Part shown: one piece after another, positions 26,324 to 38,984 of the stretch
Position numbering within the stretch: the first letter of the stretch is position 1
How the letters are laid out: the number at the start of each line of letters is the position of its first letter
Source: Chrysomallon squamiferum
Taxonomy: Eukaryota; Animalia; Mollusca
Assembly: GCA_012295275.1 (NCBI GenBank)
Contig: CM022677.1
Coordinates: 1,922,001 to 1,986,000 of the forward strand
Direction: 5' to 3'
DNA: 64,000 nt
The notes under the pieces: model-generated
The model's database searches: none
Told to the model about the DNA's origin: nothing
Seen by the model: the letters and a program-made list of their open reading frames with translations, nothing else
Translations under genes and position numbers: made by a program

Positions 26324-27469
26324 CAGCTTACACAGAGTAAGAAATAACAGGTTACACAGAGTAAGAAATAACAGCTTACACAGAGTAAGAAATAACAGGT
26401 TACACAGAGTAAGAAATAACAGCTTACACAGAGTAAGAAATAACAGCTTACACAGAGTAAGAAATAACAGGTTACACAGAGTAAGAAATAACAGCTTACA
26501 CAGAGTAAGAAATAACAGCTTACACAGAGTAAGAAATAACAGCTTACACAGAGTAAGAAATAACAGCTTACACAGAGTAAGAAATAACAGCTTACACAGA
26601 GTAAGAAATAACAGCTTACACAGAGTAAGAAATAACAGCTTACACAGAGTAAGAAATAACAGCTTACACAGAGTAAGAAATAACAGCACAGAGTAAGAAA
26701 TAACACACACAGAGTAAGAAATAACAGCTTACACAGAGTAAGAAATAACAGGTTACACAGAGTAAGAAATAACAGGTTACACAGAGTAAGAAATAACAGG
26801 TTACACAGAAAATAACAGCTTACACAGAGTAAAAATAACAGCTTACACAGAGTAAGAAATAACAGCTTACACAGAGTAAGAAATAACAGCTTACACAGAG
26901 TAAGAAATAACAGCTTACACAGAGTAAGAAATAACAGCTTACACAGAGTAAGAAATAACAGCTTACACAGAGTAAAAATAACAGCACACAGAGTAAGAAA
27001 TAACAGCTTACACAGAGTAAGAAATAACAGCTTACACAGAAATAACAGTAAGAAAGAAATAACAGCTTACACAGAGTAAGAAATAACAGCTTACACAGAG
27101 TAAGAAATAACAGCTTACACAGAGTAAGAAATAACAGCTTACACAGAGTAAGAAATAACAGCTTACACAGAGTAAGAAATAACAGCTTACACAGAGTAAG
27201 AAATAACAGCACACAGAGTAAGAAAATAACAGCTTACACAGAGTAAGAAATAACAGCTTACACAGTAAGAAATAACAGCTTACACAGAGTAAGAAATAAC
27301 AGCTTACACAGAGTAAGAAATAACAGCTTACACAGAAGAAATAACAGCTTACACAGAAAAATAACAGCTTACACAAATAACAGTAAGAAATAACAGCTTA
27401 CACAGAGTAAGAAATAACAGCTTACAGAGAAGAAATAACAGCTTACACAGAGTAAGAAATAACAGCTTA
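26324..27469 (-). repeat. 24-bp satellite, about 48 copies, inside the transposase HTH exon
   Basis: (CAGCTTACACAGAGTAAGAAATAA)n bounded by unique coding-like sequence on both sides. Confidence 0.97.
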
Positions 27470-28000
27470 TCTAAAGAGAAGCTGTTTATTAGGGAAATAT
27501 TCCCTTTCCCAATATATGTAAAAATAGTACATTTGGGTACAAGGAATTTAAATATGACAAAAAATGATTTTGTATCAAACACAGTATAATATTTTAAAAG
27601 TTGTTTTATATTTTTTTATTTTTTTTATCTTGAGCAACAACTTCAACTGAAAAAGTAAGTGTTTTCTGTTTGGACAACAATTCACACTCTTTTTGACTTT
27701 CCATTAGCTTCCTCTTCATATTAATATCAGTCTTCAGAATTGTATTCTCCACAACTAAGAACATGAAATGCACTGGTTCAACCCCTGAAACATAAAAAAA
27801 AGCCTTTTGTGAATTAAAGCTTTAAATGCATGTTATCATTTCATAAATATATACTGGTTAGTTTTACCTTGCAAACAGAGGGAGAAAAATTCTTCAAAAT
27901 AACTTCCTTCAAATTGCTCTAACAGATCTGCTGACAGTATATATGTGTCAGTTTCACTACATTTAATTAATTATTAATGCTTTGTTGTTTATTATTTCAG

Positions 28001-28713
28001 ACAAAATATTTTAGAAACTTTGCAAGATAACATGTTGGAACTGTGTGTGAAATCTCGAGTTTATACAGCCTCTGATAGTGACTCTTAGTGATCAGTATGC
28101 AGGTCAGATCACTAAAATCACTAACAAAGATTGTTTGTTGATTGAAGATCAGGCCAGCAGTTCTCTTTGGGCTAAAAAGTGGAAAGAACGATTGACTGAT
28201 CCCAATTTTTTAACTATTTTAAAAGGTAAAGTTTCACAGACTAATTTTTATTATCTTTAATTAGAACAAAAATATTTAACTATGCAAGACTACTGAAAAG
28301 AGGGTTTAGAACATTACATAAAAAAAAGCAGCTAACCATGTTCATGATGTGACCTGATTGTGAATTCAGCTTTTGAGTTCTAAGTGCTACAACTGATAGA
28401 CAGGTGTGTGAGAAAGGAAAGAACTGGACCAATCGAGTCTTCATATTCAGCCAGAGATCTCTGAAAAAGCATCTGCTCTCCCCAGTTTTTATCTTGAAAA
28501 TACTGACTTACTGCATGTGAGAGAGGACCACATGTGCTATTCTCAAGTCCAGGGCCAACTACTGGTGTCTGGAGCTGATTTGAGTGACTCTGTGGTGTCC
28601 ACAAGAAAGGATTTGTTTGTTACAGGATTATTTCTGTTTTTATGCAGAACATGTTAAACACATTGTGTGACTTTCATTTTCAACATGTGAAACCACTGTT
28701 AATTCAGTGCTGA
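28001..28713 (+). pseudogene. YqaJ-like (lambda exonuclease family) gene remnant of the same transposon
   Basis: Exon 28001-28225 (AG..GT) gives IEDQASSSLWAKKWKERLTDPNF; downstream LSATTDRQVCEKG..SYSARD..FYLE..DHMCYSQVQGQLLVSGADLSDSVVSTRKDLFV..MLNTLCDFHFQHVKPLL*, cf. YqaJ H.YY.QVQGQL......CDFVV. Confidence 0.82.
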
Positions 28714-31322
28714 ATTTTATTACTTAATATTATTATGCTAATAAATGTACTTTTTAAGTGAGAGGTATTTTTGTTCTCTGTGTGTGTTTGTGTGTAAAAT
28801 ACACATGTGGATCACCATTTTTTATCTCACAATATAAAGTAAACTTGCAGTCTGGAAATAAATGTGTTTGCATTGTCATGTGTGTACACATTTTGTATAT
28901 GTTTATTCTTACTATTTGAATGTGTTTGACTGGATCACATATCAAACTGTCCTCTACTTCTTTGGTAACATTATCTTCAAAGTCTTCATTCTCCACACAC
29001 AGAACAGCTTCTTGTCTGAAAAAACAACAACAGTGCAGTAAATATACAAAACTGCATATCTCTTGTTTTCTATGTTAATCATGCCACATTAAAAACATGG
29101 CCACAAAAACATTAAATTAAAAAAAAATTAACATTTAAAATATGCAAAAATGCAGCAGTTAGCATTAATTTAAATAAATAACATCAACATATTGGCTTGT
29201 ACTGTGCAATTCTCTATTTATTTCGTACTGTCAGTAAATATAATTAGCAATAATTTAACTGTTAATTAAATATTAAAAGCAATGTTAAAAGCTTTGTTTA
29301 CAAAGATACACATTTGTAATAATAGAAAAAAAATGTATTGCATTTTAAAAAATTTACTATAATAAGCTTGTACAATGATTAGTCCCCTGGTAATGGTTTA
29401 GTGGAATATTTTTGTAGATTGTGGTTCATAAAGAAAGTTTTGAATTGATTACTTATGCATGAAGAAGACTGGAACAGATGTAAGAAGAAAAAAAGGTTGG
29501 CATGTTTCAAATCAAAGCTAAACTAATTAAACCTACCCTTGAGTAGCCATATTTAACTTCTGCTTTTTGAAGGTTGCTTCCTGGCTGATTGTTGGTGAGA
29601 AGTAAAATGATCTGCTGGTCATCGGTCAGGAAATAACTGTCCAGTCTTATCAACAAAATGCTGAAATGTAAAAAAATGTAGTTGGATGTTATTTTCAAAT
29701 AAATATTTTCCCTACAACATGTATGTCTGTATATATCTATCTATACTTACTATACCCAGTTTAGAGTCATGTAATTCAAACTAAATTTACTCTGGCAATA
29801 ATAACTATTTCAATCACTTATAAATATATGTTTTGTAAATAGAAGATTCAATATTATATACCTTGCAATTTTGTATTTAAGGCTGTAACACGTTTGTTTT
29901 AAACTAATACTGGATGTTAATCAAATACTATTTTTTCATATTTCTCTTATCTGTTTTTTTGTTGTTGTTGTTTTTTTATTACAAATTAAAGAAATTTAAA
30001 ACGACAATTATGTTGTCCAATAACTGGTCCAATGAAGCTCTAATATGTTCAGTTCTGTGGTTGGAGAATTTCAAAATTCTTACCTTTGTACAAACATATC
30101 TATTTGAGTTAATTTTCAGTGGATTCAGCTGTTGTGGCCTTCCACATAAACTTGAAAAAATGATCCACATGAGGTATTTTTGTAACTTTGATTTAGCCTG
30201 AAACAGAGAAATATATGTGGTGAAAAAGATATACAAGAATCAAGAAAAACATTTAGTTACAGATAAGTTGTTAAAAAATAAGAAAAGAAAGAAATAATGA
30301 TATATTCAACAATAATAAATACCAAATAATAATAATAACAACAACAACAATAATAATAATAACTAAATTTTAATTTTCAGTGATTAACTCTGAATTTTTT
30401 TAAAGTTTAGAGTATTACCGTAAAAACATACAATTATATAAAATTTCTTCATAGACTGAGTCAACAGAGTATTACTGTAAAAACATACAAGTATATAAAA
30501 TTTCTTCACAGACTGAGTCAACAGAGTTTTACTGTAAAAACATACATGTATATAAAATTTCTTCATAGACTGAGTCAAGAGGCCTGTACTCTATTCAACC
30601 CAATCTGTTAGGACATTTCTCTTAGTTTTTACCTAGCTTTGCCTAAAAATGTGGCCTTCCAATTACCAAAAAATATATTTGTTTTATAATCTTTGTAGTT
30701 ATTTCATGTTCTTGTTATTTTGGTTGTATTATTATTTTTTTTTTTTTTTTTTATAGATATATATATCTTAACAAAAATTATAGTGAATTTGAACATGGAT
30801 ATGAAAATAGTAAATATGAATATAGCAATTATGAATATAGCTGATACTAATATAGTATTTAGCTCTGTATTATTTATTTGCATTCCAAATTTTTACTGTT
30901 ATAATTATAATATTAGAATAATCAGTATTGTCATGACATAATAGTTACAGTTCATTGATTAATGTTAAATTAATCTAACTGGAACACATTTCACCTTACA
31001 AAAAAATTTAAATAATAATATTAAACAAAATAATAATACAAAAATTAATACATCTGTGAACAACACAAAAAGAATAAATGTAAAGAACCAATATCACATA
31101 TGTAAAACACACACACAAAAAGAATGAAACCAGATAACTATTACATTATTGTATTTTTATTTAAGATAAATCAAGGTAAAAATGTCCTATGAACAAATGA
31201 CAAGGATGACTAGAAGATTCAATCACGCAGTCACACATTTAATAATACACAAATGTATCAGAAATAGATTAGTGTATCTGTCACTGTTTACTGCAGAACA
31301 CCTAGAGATCTCTTGTGGAACC

Positions 31323-31533
31323 CCAGTTGAGAATCATCGACAGATCTAACAATTTACTCAGTCTGTGAGGAGTTTTTCTTCACACAGTGTGTCATAATAA
31401 AAATAAAAATGTCAGTGCTTGTGCAATTCCAGTTGAGAATCACCCATTTAGTTTGCACTAGATGCAACAACTTACTCAGTCTGTGAGGAGTTTTTCTTCA
31501 CACAGTGTGTCATAATGAAAGTGAAAATGTCAG
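31323..31533 (+). repeat. Two-copy direct repeat of about 105-118 bp
   Basis: CCAGTTGAGAATCA and TTACTCAGTCTGTGAGGAGTTTTTCTTCACACAGTGTGTCATAAT each occur twice. Confidence 0.85.
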
Positions 31534-31969
31534 CCCAGGAGCATGTTGACATTTTGTTTGAGAAACTTGAACACACTGAAATATCAGGTGACTAAAGACA
31601 AAAGTCTCTGATTTTTGCCAAGGTTTGGAGACACATTTTCGTTGTTTTACTTACTTGAATCTTTACTTCACAATTAAAATGATTTCTAACTCAGTAAATT
31701 AATCACTAAGTCTCATTTTAGAAACATTGTTTACTTTGTTAATTACTGAGAGGTTTCACTCTAAAGTTTGTTTCTCAAACACTACACAGTGTGAGGCATC
31801 TATTTTTACAGGTGTAAGAAATCCATGGAATAACTTTTTAATATTTTCCTAATCCTGAATATTAATTTACTGATTGCTCTACCAACAAATCAACAGTGTG
31901 GCAATTCCCAGAAAACAATATACTACCACTTTGCAGCTGTCATGTTATGTTATTAGGAAAACATGCATG

Positions 31970-32012
31970 CATACATACATACATACATACATACATACAT
32001 ACATACATACAT

Positions 32013-32061
<49 letters not shown>

Positions 32062-32660
32062 TACATACATACATACATACATACATACATACACACATAC
32101 ATACATACATACATACATACATACATACATACATACATACATACATACATACATACATACATACATACATACATACATACATACATACATACATACATAC
32201 ATACACACATACATACATACATACATACATACATACACATAGCGTACATACATACATACATACATACATACATACATACATACATACATACATACATACA
32301 TACATACATACATACATACATACATACATACATACATACATACATACATACATACATACATACATACATACATACATACATACATACATACATACATACA
32401 TACATACATACATACATACATACATACATACATACATACATACATACATACATACATACATACATACATACATACATAATACATACATACATACATACAT
32501 ACATACATACATACATACATACATACATACATACATACATACATACATACATACATACATACATACATACATAATACATACATACATACATACATACATA
32601 CATACATACATACACACACAAACACACACACACACACACAGACACACACACACACACATA
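31970..32660 (+). repeat. (ACAT)n/(CA)n microsatellite
   Basis: Direct reading. Confidence 0.98.
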
Positions 32661-35539
32661 TATATCTGACTATTCATTTGAAAGTCCTGATCTGCTAACA
32701 TGTTGATCTATGTGCTGTCTACTTCTGATTTCGAGTGAAAATTCCACAGCAAAAGAACGTATACATATCAGCTATGTCTCTGCAGGAACTCAATTTTAGA
32801 AGTAGTTTCACTTGTTAAACAATGGCAGCAATTTGCATGTGATTAGACCACAGTGTCAGAAGAAATGATCTCACTTCTTTGAAGGATTAATAAACAATGA
32901 TCCCATGTCTTGTAATAATATCTGCAGCTAGATGAATGAGACTATTTTCAGTCTGGTGTGATACTTAAGTAAATTCACTCATTTACATTTAGTGTGAAAA
33001 GTAGAATCTGCATAAATACATGTGAGCACATTTTGTGTTGTTTATTGCATTCATAATGGTCAGAGTGATCTAAGGAGATGACAATGCATTTTAAAGTGAA
33101 ATTAATAGAAGAGATTTCATCAGATCCATTGTGCAAACAAAAAGATAAGTCATTTAATACAGAAAAACAGAGACTAGCTGTCATTCAATAACATAATGAC
33201 TATCACCAGACAGTGTGCAAAACCAAGACTTTGGCAGAGAAAATGAATAAATACTAGCAAGTTAACAAAACCTGAACTGATGGTTGTTTCAATGCTTTCA
33301 GCAGGAAACAAACAACATACCATCCATTTGCAATCTGATTTTAGTTTTTTTCTATACAATATGAGAAAAATAGAAAGTTTTTTGTTAAAGCTTTGTTAGG
33401 AGAGTACTGTGTTTATGTCTCGTGTTACACGTTATCTTACACTGTGATGTAATTTAACACATTTTATTTGTAAACGGTGAATCAAACTGATCTTCCTTTT
33501 GTGGCACTAAATTTAAAACAGTATTTATGTTAATGTTACAAAGCCACATTTAATAATAAACTTTGTCTTTCTTGTTTCTAGAAAATTCAGTGAATACACT
33601 TTAACTGATTTTAAAATCCTGGTATTATATATTCAGACTGAACTAATAAAAAATTACTGATAACACTGCTTACATTTACTCTTTTGTAAATAAACAAAGC
33701 TAAGCAAGACTTTAGCATTCAAGAACTGTTAATAAAAACTATAAATGAAAATATTTTTAAAAATGACCTCTCATAATTAAATCAAATGAGAAATACAAAG
33801 TTTAATAATTTTTAACATCTGTGATTAGTGATTACTATTCATTTTTATTTCAAATCTCTTTTCTTTGAGCTCAAGAATAAAACTTTAAAAAGAAATTTAC
33901 ATCAATATTAAGTTTTAAACAAACATTTGTTAAAGAAAACCAACAGTTATCTGCATTTCAGAACTTGAACAAATAATAAAAAATGTATTTAGTGACTTGC
34001 TGTGAAAACAAACTTTGTCTGTCAACTACAAAGTCTTTCCACAAAGTGATTTTACAGATTATAATACTACATTATTAGTATTTTAATACTACTACTACTA
34101 ATGCTACTACTACTATTACTACTAATACTACTACTAATAATTATAATAATAATGAGAACAGGCACTTGCATCATTCTAATATTAATCATGATATAATTGT
34201 AGTACTTTCTGTTTACAGTATAAGTAAGAATAAAATAATAACAAGAAAGTGTATAATAATAACAACAAGAAATTGAAAAAATAAAATGTTAAATTATCAA
34301 AAATGATTTTAAATATTTTATCAAAATATTGAAAGAATGAAAAATAAATATTTAAACATCAAAAAGCCAATAATTAGAAGAATGACTTAAACATTAAAGA
34401 ACCTATGATCAGTCTTTAAAAGACTGAGTCCACAACAGAAATTCATGTTAATAAAACTGAGACACTATCAAAATAAATCTATCATATATCTTATTAATAA
34501 CTAGTATACAGTACTTACTAATTATGATGAACACAGCTTCACTCAGTTTTTATTTTCATCACATATTTTGTAATGTAAAAATATTTCAAAATAAAAACAA
34601 AACATAAGAGATCAGATGAAGAAAATGCTCTAATTAAATCGTTCATCTCAAGCTTTCCAACTGAAGACAACTCTTACACACAAGACTCTTAGAAGAAAAC
34701 ATCAGGTGACACCTAAAGAATGAGACAACATGTTTGGGAAATGCATATCGGTGTTTTCTCGGGTTTTAATCACTTGTGCATTTACTGTAACAACAATGTT
34801 TTGTTTGTAACTATTCTGTTATGAAGCTTCAGTGACTAACATTTAAACTTGAGCTGTTTATCTATCAGATGTTGTCTAAAAGTGGCGAGTTGTTATAAGA
34901 ATTCAGCCAAGTGGGCGGAGCTACCGATTGCAGCGTCATCTAAAAATAGACGCAGGCAAGAATGTATACAGGTGCTATTTGATTTAGTATTATTAGTTGT
35001 GGGATTGCTAAGAAAAGAAAGAGTTTTGAATTAATAGGCTTCAGTATTAGTGGTTTACTAAATCGTTGATGGTTAGTAGAATAACATATTATTATATTTA
35101 TACGTATTTGAAAAGCCCGAATGTCACCGATCAAATCTAATATTTTGATTGGACAGTTATTTTTGTACAGGGATTTCCCCATTTGCACTGGAAATGATGT
35201 AATGTTGTGATCTATCGATCCATGCATCGAGCGTCGAATTACTCGGTTTAAAAATTAAAACGTATTTCCTAAGTGAACAATAAAATAAAATAATGATAAC
35301 ATACTTTAAAGCCAAATTTTAATAAGTGGTCTTAATATTTAAACACTAAAGAGAACATTATAAAGAAAACCATAACTACTACTACTACTACTATTACTAC
35401 TAATAATAATAAGAAGAAGAAGAAGAAGAAGAAGAACAAGAACAAGAACAATAATAATAATATACCAGTAAATAAAATTAGGGTGTTAGCAACGTTTGTT
35501 TAATATCCGTCATTATAATTATATGTAAATAAAAAAAAA

Positions 35540-35724
<185 letters not shown>

Positions 35725-35854
35725 TACACACAAAACACAACAGACTTACGCTTCATTTCAATAACCATTTTACCACAGTTAAAACAAAGTTTTTTATATT
35801 TTTAAGATCTCAACAAACCAAGAAAACGTCATGTCAAGTAAATTTCTAACAGAA

Positions 35855-36360
35855 TCTTTGTATAGTCTTCTTAGTTTTTACATAAATACTACATTTAGCG
35901 GACAGATTATCTTTGTACACAGTCTACTTAGTTTTACATAAATACTACATTTAGCTGAAAGTGTATCTTTGTACACAGTCTACTTAGTTTTTACATAAAT
36001 ACTACATTTAGCTGACAGTGTATCTTTGTACACAGTCTACTTAGTTTTACATAAATACTACATTTAGTGGACAGATTATCTTTGTACACAGTCTACTTAG
36101 TTTTACATAAATACTACATTTAGCTGAAAGTGTATCTTTGTACACAGTCTACTTAGTTTTTACATAAATACATTTAGCTGACAGTGTATCTTTGTACAGT
36201 CTACTTAGTTTTACATAAATACTACATTTAGTGGACAGATTATCTTTGTACACAGTCTACTTAGTTTTACATAAATACTACATTTAGTGGACAGTGTATC
36301 TTTGTACACAGTCTACTTAGTTTTACATAAATACTACATTTAGTGGACAGATTATCTTTG
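35855..36360 (+). repeat. 56-57-bp minisatellite, about 9 copies; single copy at ~12410-12470
   Basis: TACTTAGTTTTACATAAATACTACATTTAG...TATCTTTGTACACAGTC at 35981, 36038, 36094 and further positions. Confidence 0.93.
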
Positions 36361-37535
36361 TTTTAATTTTACAAAATTTTTTGATTTTATCTTTATTTTT
36401 TTTTTTTTTTCAGATTTTTTTTTTCAGATTTATTTTTTTTTTTTGTTTTCAAAGAAACAATATTTTTCTCAAATGTTTTAAGAATTTTTGTCACATAAAG
36501 ACAATACTGGAAGAAATAATTGTTTTCACCTACAACTTAACTTGAACCAATATAAACATTTTGCTTCACGGGCTACTCTTTCCAGTTAGCAGCAAAGAAT
36601 CATTGATATGAACCATCCCACAGACAGGAGAGTACGTAAAATGGTCATTATTATACCAGCTGTGAAGACTACCAAGTCCAGCTCACTTGTAAATAGAAAA
36701 TTAATTCATTGAATATACAAGTCCACAACAGCTAACTCTTGTGCACTTCATAATAAGCTGTACAGGAGTTATCTCCCTTCCATTAACTCATTCATAGATT
36801 CCATTGCTATTAACTGATGGAAAATTTATATTTACGATACTGTCCTCTGAACTAATCCTTTCATTTATACTTTTAATGGGTTTTTTTAAAAAAGAAAACA
36901 ATTCCTTCATTTTAATGTGGAGAGAGAGAGAGAGAGAGAGAGAGAAATTGATTTTTAAGTCTATAAAATTTTTCTGTTTACATTCTAAATAGAAATTAAA
37001 TACAAAAATAAACGAAGTAAAAATTTATGATACAAAATACTTTTATTTGCATTTTTTTTGTTTACATCTTATACATAAACAAACAAACAGTAAGTTCGAA
37101 ACATAATCTAATTTACTTACATATTTAATATAAATCTTAATAAAAGAAAATGGATAAATAAATGAAGTAACAGTTCCTGTATTTCATGTCCAACAGTCAG
37201 TAAGTACATATGTATTTATCTACATTTTATTTTATATACAATTTAAATCGAAATAAAAAAAGTACAAATGAATCAAGAAATAGTTAGTAATATCACGTTT
37301 CATATACAGACTAAAAACATTAGATATACTTAAATAAATAAATAAATAAATACATAATAAAGCATTGAGATGTCATTATACATTTTGCATGTATCTGTTT
37401 GACACAAATGAGTCCATTATAAAAATTTCAAATCAAATCAAGTGTCTATGACGTCATCACAAACAAATAAACAAACAAATAAAAATGTGATCCCAGTGAT
37501 GACTAAAAGTGACAGTGTTTGAACGATGTTGTTTT

Positions 37536-38577
37536 TTACACTAAAAATAACAAAGCAGCTATTTGTCCGTCTCTCACACTTGTAAAAAGTCGTCTGTCAC
37601 TGTGTTTAGATTTGTGTGACTCAGAAAATCTACAAACAAAAGAGTCTACAACAATTTCTGATTTACCTTCAAATCCACACCTTGTGACGTGTCCCTTAAC
37701 ATTAACAAACAAGCTGTACTCAGTGTCTTTAGTAATCTTCACTTGACGTCTGAACACGACGTCATACACGCCAGACACGTGTTCATATCTCTGTGTCAGC
37801 GTAGACCCGTCCAGTATTTCGTCTGTTCTTGTGTCAGTGACAAAGGCATTGACGTCGTAGTTTTGTGGTTCACAGTCACCGTACAACAGAAATCTGCGAA
37901 GTAAAGCGTTTTTGTTGACAGAGAAAGTAATGGCATCATCGTCTTTACCAGAACATGTCACCCAGTAATCACATGGCAAGTAGTAACCTAACACACCAAA
38001 CCTGTCTATTGTAATCTGTGTCATCATTGCAGTTCTCATGTTTGAGTTAAAAGGTGAAACATCTTCATCACTGCTCACCAGGTGTCTCAAAATCTTGTTT
38101 TCTTCAGCCTCAGTGAGTATGTGAGTTGGTGTTACGTGTTCTACAAAATATGTCTGATCGAGTAATGGATAACGCACGTGCTTCACGACCTCTCCCAGTG
38201 CATCGCGCATGTTTTTTTCATTCGTCTGTCTCCCTTGCTTCCTACACTCGCTGTCAGCCCACTTCACAGCGGCTTCAAAAACATTTTCCTCGTCTGCTGT
38301 CAGTTCGTCTGATCGTACAACGACGACTCCAAATAGTTGACGCACTGTTCTTCCAGTGTCGTGACGATGTACTTCCTCGATAGATACAGCAGACTGGTGA
38401 CGTTGTCGCCTGTTAGGACGACGTCATCCATATAAAGATATCTATGTAAAAGAAGCAGAGTAAGACTTTAAAATGTGAGCTAACTATATGAGATTAATTA
38501 ATTAGAAATTAATTAGATTACTAACAAAAACTGTATTGTTATCAACGTTTCTGTCTGTATGTATGTCTGTCCATGCC

Positions 38578-38647
<70 letters not shown>

Positions 38648-38913
38648 TTAACATACTTTAAAAACTCTGAGAAGATTTCTGCCTTCACATCAGGTATCAC
38701 AATATCTGATTTTTCGCGAAGTTCTCCAGTCAACATCTGACTGAAAACTTCGCTTCGAATGATCAGAATAAACTGATGCGCGTCAACAGCAGTTTTATGT
38801 TCTCCAACTAAAAATCTGACGTCCGTGTGAGTTCTTGTAAGAAAAAAGTGTTCAATGCATTGCATCAGATTCTTCCCTGTCTGCCAACTTGAGATCGGAT
38901 ATGAGATGGCCAT
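37536..38913 (-). pseudogene. BTB-BACK-PHR copy 2; exons 38657-38913 and 37536-38441; 133-bp frameshifting deletion
   Basis: Junction GATCGTAC|AACGACG at ~38318 lacks copy-1 bases 14512-14644; C-terminus GQIAALLFLV* is intact. Confidence 0.85.
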
Positions 38914-38938
38914 GTTTCAACTACAAACAAACAACAGC

Positions 38939-38984
<46 letters not shown>

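Larger units (their letters stand above)
26295..30197 (-). mobile_element. Decayed ISL2EU/PIF-Harbinger-like transposase gene (THAP plus HTH_Tnp_4); exons 30084-30197, 29537-29660, 28913-29015, 27784 to contig end
   Basis: Spliced THAP-like W....LCGRPQQLNPLKINSNRYVCTK|HFVD..LFPD; later FSVEVV..NYTVF..KSFFVIFKFLVP..FSLDKLLFLTLCKL[repeat]RNNL matches the HTH_Tnp_4 pattern LSLEDQLFLTL.KLR.N; stops and frameshifts; DDE domain not present in this contig. Confidence 0.75.

Noticed and set aside
31874-32701. HTYI/CMYV repeat ORFs of more than 200 aa
   Set aside because: (ACAT)n microsatellite, open in most frames.
31290-33360. Possible hAT-Charlie relic (GGAACCCCAGTTGAGAATCA end-like motif)
   Set aside because: No convincing transposase motifs, matching second terminus or TSD could be read.
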